From the NCBI GenBank assembly GCA_964619725.1, contig CAZUFC010000054.1, forward strand, positions 1 to 54,030: DNA of 54,030 nt, written 5' to 3'. Below the pieces are notes generated by a model. That model worked only from the letters and a program-made list of their open reading frames with translations. It did no database searches and was not told the origin of the DNA. This document shows, piece after piece, positions 38,638 to 49,359 of this stretch. This DNA is from an uncultured bacterium (lineage in GTDB: Bacteria > CSSED10-310 > CAZUFC01). Position numbers and translations under genes: made by a program. The first letter of the stretch is position 1. Each line of letters begins with the position of its first letter.

Positions 38638-38900
38638 CCCGTTTCCTCCAAAAACTCCTTACATTATAATACCGAATTGTATGCTGATAAAGGCGAGTTT
38701 TTTCATAATTGTTCGGCCATTTGTCCTCTGCATCCCGAGGCTCAGAATCGCTCTAAACTAATTACATCAATAAACCTGAGAAGTCAAACAAACGTAAGAA
38801 CAAACCAAGCAACGTCATCATTCCGCAAGCTCAACCAGTGCACAAAATATAATAGTACTTCGACCGTGTTTTCCAGAAAAAAATCTTCCCCGCTTCGATA

Positions 38901-40325
38901 TTATCCGATCATAATATTCGATTCAGGATACTTATACTTTGCCGGAGTTTCCGTTCCCTGGCTCATGGCCAGTATGAGCGTCAAAGGCCCGATTCTTCCG
39001 GCGAACATGACGAAAATAATGTTGAGTTTACCCCAGAGCGACAGGTGCGGGGTAGCTCCCATGGATAATCCAACTGTTCCGAAGGCCGAAACCGATTCAA
39101 ATAAAAGCGCCTGAAAGCGTCCCCTGGCTAAAATTTCCGGCGGCAAATTCCATTCTGTGAGGAGCAGAAGCATGAATGATGCAGTTATCAGCCCGACCGA
39201 CAATACCACAATTGTGACCACTTTAAACAGCAATTCATTGGTTACCGTTCGTCGAAACAATTCTACATTCTGTTTTCTGCTGATGGTTTTCTTTATCATG
39301 GCGATCAATGCTGCGAAAGTCGTGGTTTTTATTCCTCCCGCTGTAGACCCCGGCGATCCTCCAATGAACATAAGAACAATCAGCATGACGATTGAAAAGG
39401 ATGAAAGAGTCCCAATTTCGATAGTATTGAAGCCGGCAGTTCGCGGCGTTATAATTTGAAAAACAGAACTCAGTATTTTTTCTGATGCATTTGAACCGCT
39501 CAACGAGCCGCCCGACTCAGCCATATAAAAAAAAGGAACAGGCACAACGATCAACAACAGACTGGTCCATAAAACCACTTTACTCTGAATCGATAACTTC
39601 GGCGGTATGCTCTTGCCTTTTCGACCGAAAATTTTATCGTACATGTTGTCGATAACTATATATCCGACACCGCCCAGAAGGATCAGCGCTATTACAGTGA
39701 AGTTGACCATATAATCGCCGGCGTAATCCGCCAGACTCTTCGTAAAAACAGAGAATCCAGCATTGCAAAAAGCTGAAATAGAATGGAATAAGGAAACGAA
39801 ACACCCTTTTCCAACCCCGAATCTCGGTATGAACCGGGTAGCCAAGAGCAAAAAACCGACCGATTCAAATAAAACAGTCAATAAGGCTATCGACTTCAAA
39901 TGCTTGATAAGGTCCTGCCTGGAAGGAAAATCCAATGACGCCTGAACATACTCGGCGCTTTTCATCCCCATTTCCCTCCTGAACAATAAGGCAAAGAGAG
40001 AAGAAAAAGTCATAATGCCTATGCCGCCGACTTGAATGAGAAAAATAAGGATTATCTGCCCATATGCGGAAAAAAAAGTCCCCGTGTCGACTACGATTAA
40101 TCCTGTCACGCATACCGCAGAAGTTGCCGTAAAAAGACTGTCCAGCAAGCTCAATGAACCGGGTTCACTATGACAAAACGGAAACATCAGCAGAATGCAC
40201 CCGATCGCTATACCAGCGGCAAAACTCAAAGCCACTATATGAGCAGGAGTTAAACGATTCGAAATTTTACTGACCAAAGCAAGCATTTTCTCAATCCCGG
40301 GAATTTTCGATAAGATCGAATTCAA
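38901..40325 (-). CDS. Trk/Ktr potassium uptake membrane subunit (TrkH/KtrB)
   Basis: Four pore motifs SAVCVTGL, SAFCNAGF, PRTAGF and SAFGTVGLS, plus GSTAGGIK. Confidence 0.93.
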   Translation of the reverse strand: MNSILSKIPGIEKMLALVSKISNRLTPAHIVALSFAAGIAIGCILLMFPFCHSEPGSLSLLDSLFTATSAVCVTGLIVVDTGTFFSAYGQIILIFLIQVGGIGIMTFSSLFALLFRREMGMKSAEYVQASLDFPSRQDLIKHLKSIALLTVLFESVGFLLLATRFIPRFGVGKGCFVSLFHSISAFCNAGFSVFTKSLADYAGDYMVNFTVIALILLGGVGYIVIDNMYDKIFGRKGKSIPPKLSIQSKVVLWTSLLLIVVPVPFFYMAESGGSLSGSNASEKILSSVFQIITPRTAGFNTIEIGTLSSFSIVMLIVLMFIGGSPGSTAGGIKTTTFAALIAMIKKTISRKQNVELFRRTVTNELLFKVVTIVVLSVGLITASFMLLLLTEWNLPPEILARGRFQALLFESVSAFGTVGLSMGATPHLSLWGKLNIIFVMFAGRIGPLTLILAMSQGTETPAKYKYPESNIMIG

Positions 40326-40404
40326 TCTTTCAACTCCGTCTGCTCATCCTTGAAATGATGTCTGAACAATTAAACATCTAGCTTCTTCGGACTTCGAAAA
40401 GAAT

Positions 40405-40441
40405 AAAAAAAGGACCGCATTTTGTCAAATGCGGCCCTTTT
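40405..40441 (-). terminator. Rho-independent terminator after the OMP gene
   Basis: Minus strand GGGCCGCATTT-GACA-AAATGCGGTCC followed by T7. Confidence 0.8.
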
Positions 40442-40505
40442 CAGTCAGCTTTCGTTCGTTAACCGTCCGGTCAACGTCGTAAGCCGCGGCTTACTTCAAC
40501 AAAAC

Positions 40506-41462
40506 CTAGAATTTGTAATTTATCCCGAACGAGAACCTGAATCCCGAAAGTCCTAGATCATAGGAGTCTTTCAGGTCAAAATCAAATCTGGCTTTTTTGT
40601 CGCCTTCCTGATTTTCAGGATGATCCTGTTCAGGGTCCTCAGCGGGTGATCTGAAATCCAGGTGATCGTAGAAAGCCTGCGTTTCGCTCAGATTCTCCGG
40701 TTCCCATGTGGCGCTGGCGTACTGGTATTGAACCTCGAAGAAACTCATCAAATTGTCTGTAACGGGATATTCCACTCCGCCCGTCACATGAACGCCGAAA
40801 GTCAATCCGTCATCTTCCAGCTTGTAGACTTCTTTTTCGTCCGGCGAGAATTTGAATTCTCTGTCGATGAAATGCCACATCTTGTAGGTCAATTCCGTAT
40901 TCATTTCCCACCAGTACCAGCCTAATCCGCCTCCGCCGTAGAAAACGGCATCTTTGACCGGATACAGATAATTGAAGCTGTGTTTCAACTGCATAATTGA
41001 AAAATCAGCCCATTCCTCGAAATCAAAAGTTTTGAAGTTGTTGTTGTTTCTGAAGTTCTGTGATTCCATTACGTATTCCAGAATCTTGATGTCTTCGGCT
41101 TTGTGATAGTCGAAATCAAAAGCCGTGATCTCAAAATTCTCAAAACGAATGGTACCCCGAATAGCCGGCGTCAGTCCGAAACGACTGAAGTCAGAAGCCT
41201 GAGCTGCTGCTGCAACCGTATCGACCTCTTCCCATGCGTATCCGTCGCCGCTGCTCTTCCAGTTTTCCTCGTATACTTCCTTACCCTCAACATAATCGGT
41301 CCAAAAATCTCCGCCTCCGATAAATTGAAAATGATTGAAGCGGACACCTATTGAATAATCGGCGGCCAGCGCCGGAAGCGCAAATAACAGCACTACGACG
41401 GCGGCCCCGATTTTTATCGAATTTCTCTTCATTCTAACACTCCCTTTTGTTAAATGTTCCAT
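40506..41462 (-). CDS. Outer-membrane beta-barrel protein
   Basis: Signal peptide (start probably at MKRNSIK), alternating beta strands, FYGGGGLG and a C-terminal GINYKF. Confidence 0.8.
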   Translation of the reverse strand: MEHLTKGSVRMKRNSIKIGAAVVVLLFALPALAADYSIGVRFNHFQFIGGGDFWTDYVEGKEVYEENWKSSGDGYAWEEVDTVAAAAQASDFSRFGLTPAIRGTIRFENFEITAFDFDYHKAEDIKILEYVMESQNFRNNNNFKTFDFEEWADFSIMQLKHSFNYLYPVKDAVFYGGGGLGWYWWEMNTELTYKMWHFIDREFKFSPDEKEVYKLEDDGLTFGVHVTGGVEYPVTDNLMSFFEVQYQYASATWEPENLSETQAFYDHLDFRSPAEDPEQDHPENQEGDKKARFDFDLKDSYDLGLSGFRFSFGINYKF

Positions 41463-41522
41463 TTTCGTTCTTCAATGACCATATTTCGGAACAAGTTTCT
41501 TCGCCAAAACTGGTCTTCATTC

Positions 41523-44462
41523 TTAAAACTTGAACAACATGCTCAGTCGATAGCTTCTCACGCCCATGTGAGCGCCGTCGGTGCCGAAAACCTGCGGTCG
41601 ACCGGATTCCCATTTGTCGTCCATCGTTCTCTGCAGCAGATATTCGTTGTTGAATATATTGAAGATGTCGAAAATGACCGTGAAGGTCCCAAATTTGCCC
41701 TCTTGAATAGGAAAGTGCTTCTGAATGCTCAAATCCATAGAAGCGACGGGAGGCAGTCGATAAGTGCCCTGTCCGCTTTCCATGTCGGCCCATTCCGGGT
41801 GATATTTATTGGGTTCGCCCGGATAGACTGAATTGTCGCCGTACTGAGGTTCCTGGAATCTTCGGGAATAGGCGTAACCGTTTCGGTAGAAATATGTGGC
41901 GCCGAGACTGAAGGCGTAAATTTTGTTCGGGAAGAAATCATAAGCCGGATTCAACTTGACGTAGTGATTGATATCGTAGGGAAGTTTACCTGATACGTTT
42001 CTGCTGAGGTCAGGAGTGTCATAATATTCCGAGAAACTGCTGACCGTTCCCGAACCGCTGTAACCGCCGCCGGAGAAACCAGGCTGATCGCCGTATACCG
42101 TTCCTTCAGCTACCGCGTAGGTGTAGGAACCCAGGAATGTGAAGTTCTTTCTCTGTGTTCTGAGAGTGAATTCCAGTCCATTATATTCCCTGTCCGCGCT
42201 GCTGGGAAGGTTGGTCACCAGATAGTGATCGAGCGAATAATCACGGTCGGGCATCCTTTGCTCAACATCATCCCTGTATTCATCATAAGGAACATCCCAG
42301 GCCAGGAAATATTCGCCGGTGCTTTCCTTGAACCATACGCCGACGTCCTCGATCAAATCCGTCGTTTTTCGGTAAGTGTATGTCCAACCGACTGAAACGT
42401 TGTCAAAAACCTCATGCTCGGACCCGATCTGAAATTCGTCCGAATACTCAGGCTTCAGGTCCGGGTCCACGGTATTCGTGTTCTCATAAGTTCCGGTCGT
42501 GTCGATCTGCCAGGAAGAACCGTCAGGATACCTGTTGGGATTGTCCATGAATTTTTCTTCCGAACCGGAATAATCATACTTGGACTCGTCAGGAAGATCA
42601 GTAAAGGTTTCGCGGTAATAGGTCCGGAAAACTGTGTCCGTCTCATTCAGCATCTGAGGAATCTGAAGGTTGGAAGGATTGTAGTAACGAGCCAGCACGA
42701 CCGTTAATTTGTCAGTGCCTTTACCTCTTAAATCCCAGGAAAAACCGAATCTGGGGGCGATTGACGTGAACTGAGCCACATAATCGTCGGTGCCGAGTTT
42801 CTGGCTTCCTCCGCTGATTTCTTCGGTTTTGGCTTTCTTGACGTCGTTCTGGAACCACATGAATTCAGGTCTGAAGCCCCAGTTAAAGGTCATGTTATCT
42901 TTAAATTTCCACGAATCCTGTACGAACAAGGCTCCGTAGTAGCCGTAATACTTCGTCATACCGCCGGAGAAGACTTCAGTCAACGTATCCGCGGGTTGTC
43001 CGGCAACGGTCGTGTTGAACGTGTAATAGAATCCGCCGGGTATGCCGACTTCACGTTCGACCCAAAGATGCTGATATTCCGCTCCAACCTTGAAATCATG
43101 GCTGCCTTTTATGAATTCATCCATGAACCAGCTCAACGAAAGGTTAAAATTCCATCGGTTACGGCTGTTTTTCCGGAATTCCGTGGGAGCGCGGTCCGTT
43201 ATGCCTCTGGCTTCATCAGTGAAACCGGGAGTGCCGTAATCGCCGTTGGCGGGAATGCTTGAATTTAAGACCACTTCAGAAAAAGCGGCCTGGAAATTCA
43301 TGAATGTGCTGGCGCTGATCAGCCACGTCCAGTCGGCGCCGTAAAAAGGCCCGCCCTGTTCGTAATTCGTCAAAGCAGCAGCCGTTACATTGTTGCCGGC
43401 ATTGTCATTTTCATCTTCCCAGTTTTCCTCGTTCCACTTCAGCGTGAACTTATGAGCGGAAACAGGTTGCAGGGTTAATTTCACGTAAGGTCTGATGATC
43501 GTACGGTCCGTATCGACTGTCGCAGACGGGTCCTGCTTGTCGTCGGCGGGATCGCTTAAAATGTCAGCTTCTGATGAGTCATTGTAATACCAGGCTGTTA
43601 TAAAAAACCATATGCGGTCCTTCATTATGGGGCCGCCCAGAGTCAACGTCGGAAGCCATGTCACGTCTCTTTCAGGCTCCGTGGTTTCATAAAATGAACT
43701 GGATTCCCAGGTGTTGTCTCTATACTGGACGCGCAACGAACCGGAGAATTTATTTCCGCCGGATTTCGTCACTGCGTTGACGATACCGCCCAACGCACGG
43801 CCGTATTCCGCTGAGAATCCGCCGGTCTGAACTTCGACCTGCTCCAGAGCATCCGCCGCAACATTGGAACCGAAAGTTCCCGTCAATGAATCGGTCGTAT
43901 CTACGCCGTCCAGCAGGTATACGTTGTCCTGCTTGGTTCCGCCGTGTACTTGAGGATTGCCGCCGCCGACCATTCCTGCCGACATGGTCATCGCATCCTG
44001 ATAATCCATGTTCCCGGGCAGCTTGTCTGTAAATTCCTTCTCAATATTAACCGCCTGGGTCGTCGTCGTTACGTCTACCACCGGAGCATCAGCCGTAACC
44101 TCAATCGTCATCGAAACCTCAGTCATCGCCATTTGAAGATTGATCTGAGTCGTCTTGTTGACTTTTACGTCGATTTCCGGATACTTGATGGTCTTCATGC
44201 CCATCATTTCAGCCGTTAATTCATACGCTCCGGGCGGCAATTCGGGAAATCGATACACGCCGTTCTCGTTCGTATACGCTGTTCTGTCCCCCTGTAAATT
44301 GGGACTCGTAATGGTCACGGTTACTCCAGGCAACGGATTGCCGGCGCTGTCTTCAATCTTTCCGCCGATCACGCCGGTCAATGCCGCATAAACTCCCCCC
44401 GCGACAGCTACTATCATGATAATCGCCATCATACAGGGAAAATATCTTTTTACTTCATTCAT
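41523..44462 (-). CDS. TonB-dependent receptor, Oar-like, with carboxypeptidase-regulatory-like N-domain
   Basis: GNPLPGVTVTI, plug motif NVYLLDGVD...EVQTGGFSAEYG..GGIVNAVTKSG and a C-terminal Phe. Confidence 0.9.
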   Translation of the reverse strand: MNEVKRYFPCMMAIIMIVAVAGGVYAALTGVIGGKIEDSAGNPLPGVTVTITSPNLQGDRTAYTNENGVYRFPELPPGAYELTAEMMGMKTIKYPEIDVKVNKTTQINLQMAMTEVSMTIEVTADAPVVDVTTTTQAVNIEKEFTDKLPGNMDYQDAMTMSAGMVGGGNPQVHGGTKQDNVYLLDGVDTTDSLTGTFGSNVAADALEQVEVQTGGFSAEYGRALGGIVNAVTKSGGNKFSGSLRVQYRDNTWESSSFYETTEPERDVTWLPTLTLGGPIMKDRIWFFITAWYYNDSSEADILSDPADDKQDPSATVDTDRTIIRPYVKLTLQPVSAHKFTLKWNEENWEDENDNAGNNVTAAALTNYEQGGPFYGADWTWLISASTFMNFQAAFSEVVLNSSIPANGDYGTPGFTDEARGITDRAPTEFRKNSRNRWNFNLSLSWFMDEFIKGSHDFKVGAEYQHLWVEREVGIPGGFYYTFNTTVAGQPADTLTEVFSGGMTKYYGYYGALFVQDSWKFKDNMTFNWGFRPEFMWFQNDVKKAKTEEISGGSQKLGTDDYVAQFTSIAPRFGFSWDLRGKGTDKLTVVLARYYNPSNLQIPQMLNETDTVFRTYYRETFTDLPDESKYDYSGSEEKFMDNPNRYPDGSSWQIDTTGTYENTNTVDPDLKPEYSDEFQIGSEHEVFDNVSVGWTYTYRKTTDLIEDVGVWFKESTGEYFLAWDVPYDEYRDDVEQRMPDRDYSLDHYLVTNLPSSADREYNGLEFTLRTQRKNFTFLGSYTYAVAEGTVYGDQPGFSGGGYSGSGTVSSFSEYYDTPDLSRNVSGKLPYDINHYVKLNPAYDFFPNKIYAFSLGATYFYRNGYAYSRRFQEPQYGDNSVYPGEPNKYHPEWADMESGQGTYRLPPVASMDLSIQKHFPIQEGKFGTFTVIFDIFNIFNNEYLLQRTMDDKWESGRPQVFGTDGAHMGVRSYRLSMLFKF

Positions 44463-44605
44463 ATCTTCCTACCTCCAAATAAATTTCCTTAATGAATTTC
44501 CTGATGAGATAAAACCTCCAACTCCACACTGACAGAAATCCCCCGCAGCCATCACCTCCTTCTTGTTATGGTGTTTGCAGTAAAACCGTTGCAATCTCCG
44601 GTTCA

Positions 44606-45547
44606 TTACAAATACTCCATTAATCCCTTGACTTTATCCTTGTCCGAAGCGTTCGGAGCCGCTTCCAGATACTTCTGGAAATACTTCTTGGCTTCAGCGT
44701 TGTTCTTCAATCTCAGCGAAATGTAACCCAGTTGCCGGTAAGCGTCCCCATAATTTTCCTTCATCTCCGTAGCCATCTTGAAATACTTAATCGCTTCCTC
44801 AAGCTTGCCCGTGTTCGCACACAAGGCCGCCACGTTGAACGGAACCGTTGCGTCAGCCTCATCTCCCGCAAGCTCAAGATACTTTTTCCAGTCTTCGATC
44901 GCTTCTTCGTATTTCTTCGTCGAATTATAAGTCGCTCCACGGATAAGATAAGCCTGCGTGTACTCTCCGTCAAGCTCTATCGCCTTCGACATATGCTCTA
45001 TCGTCTTTTCGTGATTCTGTTCCTGATAGGCGATGTTCCCCAACAGAAAATATGCCTGCTTAAGCTCAGGATTATTCTTGATCGCAGACTCCAACAACTC
45101 CTTCGCTCCTTCAAAATCTCCCGCATTATACTTGTCCGCCCCGGCATTGAAATCCTGAACGGCCTGCTCCTCGGGCGTCAAAGGCGTCATCTCGCGAGCC
45201 TCCTCAATCGTCAACATCTCAAATGTGTGCTCCAGCTTGCGCCCGGGCGTAATTTTGACGGGCATCTTCATTGTGACGTAATCTTCTTTTTCCATCGTGG
45301 TTTCCCAGACCACCGGGTCCAGACCCACCTTTTGAAAAACTCCTTTTCGATTGGTCTTCAATTCAAACATGACCGTTCGGTTTTTTACGTTCACCATCGT
45401 AATCTTGACGCCCTTTATCGGTTCGCCCTCACTGTCCACGACTCTGCCTATTATACTTCCCTGAACGCCTGCCTGACAATCGCATACGCTGATTATCCAA
45501 AGCGCAGCAAGCAGCGCCGTCAAGAACGCCGTCTTTTTTCTCTGCAT
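44606..45547 (-). CDS. Exported protein: carboxypeptidase-regulatory-like domain plus TPR repeats
   Basis: Signal peptide, GRVVDSEGEPIKGVKI and multiple TPR helices. Confidence 0.85.
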   Translation of the reverse strand: MQRKKTAFLTALLAALWIISVCDCQAGVQGSIIGRVVDSEGEPIKGVKITMVNVKNRTVMFELKTNRKGVFQKVGLDPVVWETTMEKEDYVTMKMPVKITPGRKLEHTFEMLTIEEAREMTPLTPEEQAVQDFNAGADKYNAGDFEGAKELLESAIKNNPELKQAYFLLGNIAYQEQNHEKTIEHMSKAIELDGEYTQAYLIRGATYNSTKKYEEAIEDWKKYLELAGDEADATVPFNVAALCANTGKLEEAIKYFKMATEMKENYGDAYRQLGYISLRLKNNAEAKKYFQKYLEAAPNASDKDKVKGLMEYL

Positions 45548-46082
45548 TGTTAAAACTCCATTCTCATTTTTTCGATTAACATTTCTCCGACCTTCTCCTC
45601 ATAAAAAAAACAATCGTGATTATATAGCGACAGCGTTTCCTTTTGTCAACTCTTTTCCTCAGAAAAAATATCAGCCGGTCTGGATTTCAATGGTATTTCC
45701 TCCCATCCTTCTAACTATTACCCCATCTTTTTTGCAAGGTTCCATTTTTTTCAAAAAAAAACCGAATTTTTTCTTTTCTTCGGACAGAATAAAATAAACG
45801 CTTTGCTCTTCAGTATCGTATGAAGTTGACGATGATTCCAAAATTTTTCATCAAAGAAAAAAAAGGAAAAAATCAAATAAAAAAAATGGAATTAAGACGC
45901 CTCTCGGTCGCATCCGATAGTGAAAATCGAAAAACAGACCGGGTTTTTCAGAATTTTAAGCGCAGGCTAAGCCTCTATCAGTATTTCGTCTGGCTCGATC
46001 TCCGCATTCCAGGTCTTACCGGCGCTCCCTTACGCCGCAATTTTGAATTCAACCGCTCATCACACGAATCTGACGAATGCCC

Positions 46083-46267
46083 TTAACCCGCATTTCTCAT
46101 ACAAAACCTGTTACGAGCGTCCATATCCCCGCACCTTCAAGCGCTGCTCCCTGCGGCCTTGCTCAACGTAGCGCTGCTATGTTTCCGCAGTCCTTCAGTC
46201 CGCCATGCTTGAATCTGCGGGAATCTGAACGCTCTCACTACGATTTTGTATGAGAAATCCGGGTTAA
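46083..46267. mobile_element. MITE-like element, 185 bp, 24-bp terminal inverted repeats
   Basis: ttaacccgcatttctcatacaaaa (46083-46106) and ttttgtatgagaaatccgggttaa (46244-46267) are 23/24 complementary. It is non-coding and has a second copy at 28056-28218. Confidence 0.8.
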
Positions 46268-46665
46268 TACCTCTCATCGAAATAATCTGCGAGAATCTTA
46301 CCGTGATCGAATGCCAGAGTGGAGGGCAGATTATCGCGATGAAAAACGCCTATGTCGGCAGCATCATCTTTGGCCTTCGGGTTTCCTTCGGCTTCGGCAA
46401 TGAAGACCAGACTGACGGTGTGCTTTCTGGGGTCCCTGTCCGGCTCCGAATAAACATGGAATTGCCGAACCAGGCGAACATCCAGATCAGTCTCTTCCCT
46501 GGCTTCTCTTACCGCGGCAGTTTCATAACTTTCGCCGTAATCCACAAATCCTCCCGGGATAGCCCATCCATATGGAGGATTCTTTCTTTTAATGAGGACA
46601 ATACCTCCGTTTTTCATTTCAATTATTATATCGACAGTAGGAATCGGATTTCTGTATTGCGTCAT
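46264..46665 (-). CDS. NUDIX hydrolase
   Basis: Nudix box [25 protein letters not shown], plus RDPR and LAFDH. Confidence 0.95.
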   Translation of the reverse strand: MTQYRNPIPTVDIIIEMKNGGIVLIKRKNPPYGWAIPGGFVDYGESYETAAVREAREETDLDVRLVRQFHVYSEPDRDPRKHTVSLVFIAEAEGNPKAKDDAADIGVFHRDNLPSTLAFDHGKILADYFDERY

Positions 46666-46731
46666 AAGATTATGTTCCTTGAGATTGCTTACGTTTTTTT
46701 TCGATTTGAAATGTGCCGTCAGACAGATGTT

Positions 46732-47451
46732 TTATGAAGCGCGTTTAATCAAATCTATCATGTCCCTGACAGCCTGATGGAGTCCGGTGAAGAGGGCCCT
46801 TGAGACGATCGAATGTCCGATGTTCAATTCTTCGATTTCGGGTATTGCAGCGACAGGAACGACGTTAAAATAGTTGAGGCCATGGCCTGCTACTACGGTC
46901 AAACCTTCATCAGCCGCTTTCTGTGCTTGACCTGCCAGAATATCCAATTGTATTTTTTTCTGTTTTCCTCTAGCCTCAGCATAACGTCCCGTATGCAGTT
47001 CAACGGCATCAGCTTCCGTTTCCCGGGCTGCCCGAATCTGTTTTTCGTCAGGATCAATAAAAAGACTGACATTCATCCCGGCCTCTTTCAACTTTGCGAC
47101 AGTTTCTTTAATGTGATTCTTATTCGCATAAACGTCGAGCCCGCCTTCGGTTGTGATTTCCTTTCTTTTTTCCGGTACAAGCGTAACCGTGTCAGGTTTG
47201 ATATCCAGGGCAATACTTATAATTTCTTCTTCAGCCGCCATTTCCAGGTTCAAAAGAGTCTGCACCAACTGCCGCAATAAACGGACGTCCCTGTCCTGAA
47301 TATGCCTTCTGTCCTCTCTCAAATGCACGGTAATCTGATCCGCGCCCGCGTTCTCAGCATTCAGGGCAGCCGCAATCGGTTCCGGCTCTATGCCTCCCCT
47401 CGCCTGACGCAAAGTCGCAACATGATCGATATTTACTCCTAATCTTATCAT
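46732..47451 (-). CDS. pdxJ: Pyridoxine 5'-phosphate synthase
   Basis: [29 protein letters not shown] and ELNIGH. Start moved to ATG 47451. Confidence 0.97.
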   Translation of the reverse strand: MIRLGVNIDHVATLRQARGGIEPEPIAAALNAENAGADQITVHLREDRRHIQDRDVRLLRQLVQTLLNLEMAAEEEIISIALDIKPDTVTLVPEKRKEITTEGGLDVYANKNHIKETVAKLKEAGMNVSLFIDPDEKQIRAARETEADAVELHTGRYAEARGKQKKIQLDILAGQAQKAADEGLTVVAGHGLNYFNVVPVAAIPEIEELNIGHSIVSRALFTGLHQAVRDMIDLIKRAS

Positions 47452-47540
47452 ACAGCCAGCCTCCTTTCCTGAAAACGTATGTTCAAACATACGCCTTTAA
47501 CCCTCAAATCGCTATAGCTCGACAATTACTTCTTTTTTTC

Positions 47541-48563
47541 TCATTCAGTCTCGGCATCCTTTTCAGGGATCGCTTCAGTCTCCTTCTCCTCTTGAGCCGC
47601 CGGAACTTGAGTCGGTATCGCCGGTATCATGACATTGACTTTGCGGGGAATGATCTGGAGCGCTTCAATGCCCCTGGGCAGGTCTTTGATCTCCGGAACG
47701 ATTTCATATTCACCCGGCGAGTATTCCGACAACTCAATGCCGGCCCACAGACTCGTCTCATCTATTTTTCGCAATTGAATCGCCGGTCCTTTCAACAGGA
47801 CTTCCACTCTGGTCGGTTTAAATTCGATCCCTTGAAAACCGGTTGAAGCGATTACTTGTACCATAACCAGTTTCTCTTCAATTCTTTGTTTTATTTCAAT
47901 AAATATAAGCGCCGTGTTCTTGTCCACAAAACGTACTTTTTCAGACTCTGCTTTTAAAAGAACCCTTTGAGTAAAACTGCTGCTGACGCCTGAAATATCA
48001 ATGGGTTCTGAAACCACACCTTCAATGTTCTCTAAGTAGCTGACCGGGCCTGAGACTCTTACCCTTTCCGGAGTGGACCGGAATCCCATCAATTGATATC
48101 CCTCTGCCGGTCTTCCCCTTATGTCCGGGCGAATACCGACTTCTTTCTGTATCGTTTTTTCCAGGCGCACATCAATTACCGAGGGACTTACGTCCACAAC
48201 GTCTACCCCTGCCGGTATGCCGCTGATGCGATCAGCCGTCAAACTCAGACTGGTTACTCCTTCGCTGACGTCCGTGGGTAGTTCAAGATTGGCCGTTATC
48301 GCAGAAGTGTTTATGCTGGTCAATATGCTCCTCAACCCCCGGATTCTGATCGATACCGAAGACGAATTAATCTCTACGATTTCCATGTTCTGCGGCATAT
48401 TCCTTATCTGCCAGGAAACTTTATTGATCTCTTTTTCGGCCTTCTCCTGGTTAACGACGAAAAACCATAAAGCACAGGCAGCGATTAACGAAAATATTTT
48501 TAAACCCGGATTATTCAGGAGTTTTTGCTTTAAAATAATAAGGTATGTGCGGAATGATTTCAC
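47541..48563 (-). CDS. cdaR: CdaR/YbbR-domain diadenylate cyclase regulator
   Basis: N-terminal TM KIFSLIAACALWFFV and repeated beta-rich YbbR-like domains. It follows cdaA directly. Confidence 0.85.
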   Translation of the reverse strand: MKSFRTYLIILKQKLLNNPGLKIFSLIAACALWFFVVNQEKAEKEINKVSWQIRNMPQNMEIVEINSSSVSIRIRGLRSILTSINTSAITANLELPTDVSEGVTSLSLTADRISGIPAGVDVVDVSPSVIDVRLEKTIQKEVGIRPDIRGRPAEGYQLMGFRSTPERVRVSGPVSYLENIEGVVSEPIDISGVSSSFTQRVLLKAESEKVRFVDKNTALIFIEIKQRIEEKLVMVQVIASTGFQGIEFKPTRVEVLLKGPAIQLRKIDETSLWAGIELSEYSPGEYEIVPEIKDLPRGIEALQIIPRKVNVMIPAIPTQVPAAQEEKETEAIPEKDAETE

Positions 48564-49343
48564 TTACTTTTTGATCCTGTAGATTTCATACAATCTTCTC
48601 TTAAGTTCTTCATGGTCCGACATGCTTTCCAATCGTCCTCCCAATACCAGGGATATTTTGCCGGTTTCCTCGGAAACAACGGCTACGACGGCATCCGTTT
48701 CCTCGCTTATTCCCACGGCAGCCCTGTGTCGCGTGCCGTACCGCCTCGGTAAAAACGGATTCTTCGTTAAGGGAAGAAAACAGCCGGCCGCCGCTATCTT
48801 GAAATCCTTTATTATAACGGCCCCATCATGTAATGGAGAATGAGGGAAAAAAATGCTTCGGAGCATCTCGCTGGTAACTGCTGCGTCCAGTTCCGAACCC
48901 AGCTCGATTATGGGCTGCAATCCCGTTTTTCTCTCAAGAACGATTAAAGCGCCTGTCCGCGACGTCGAAAAAACATCCGCAGCCTTAGCTATTTCATTAA
49001 TTACTTTCTCATTCAAATTTTCATGCCTGAAAAAAAACTTGTGCCTTCCGAATTCAACCAGGGCTCGTCTTATTTCAGGCTGAAACAGCACTATAATCGC
49101 GATCAGAGCGACCGACCAGAAGTGCTGGAGTATCCAATTCAGAGTATGGAATTCCATGTAATGCGAACTGGATATCTTGGACATGAGGAAAAATACGATG
49201 AAAGCGAAGATCATCTGAACGGCTATGGTGCCTTTGATGATAAGAAGAAGACGATAAATGATATACGCCACGATGACGATGTCCAGTATGTCCTGCCATC
49301 TTATGACGATATTCCCGATATAAAACAGCGCATCCAAATTCAA
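48564..49343 (-). CDS. cdaA: Membrane diadenylate cyclase CdaA
   Basis: Three TM helices, FQPEIRRAL, PLHDGA and GTRHRAA. Confidence 0.95.
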   Translation of the reverse strand: MNLDALFYIGNIVIRWQDILDIVIVAYIIYRLLLIIKGTIAVQMIFAFIVFFLMSKISSSHYMEFHTLNWILQHFWSVALIAIIVLFQPEIRRALVEFGRHKFFFRHENLNEKVINEIAKAADVFSTSRTGALIVLERKTGLQPIIELGSELDAAVTSEMLRSIFFPHSPLHDGAVIIKDFKIAAAGCFLPLTKNPFLPRRYGTRHRAAVGISEETDAVVAVVSEETGKISLVLGGRLESMSDHEELKRRLYEIYRIKK

Positions 49344-49359
49344 CGTTCTTTTCCTTCTC

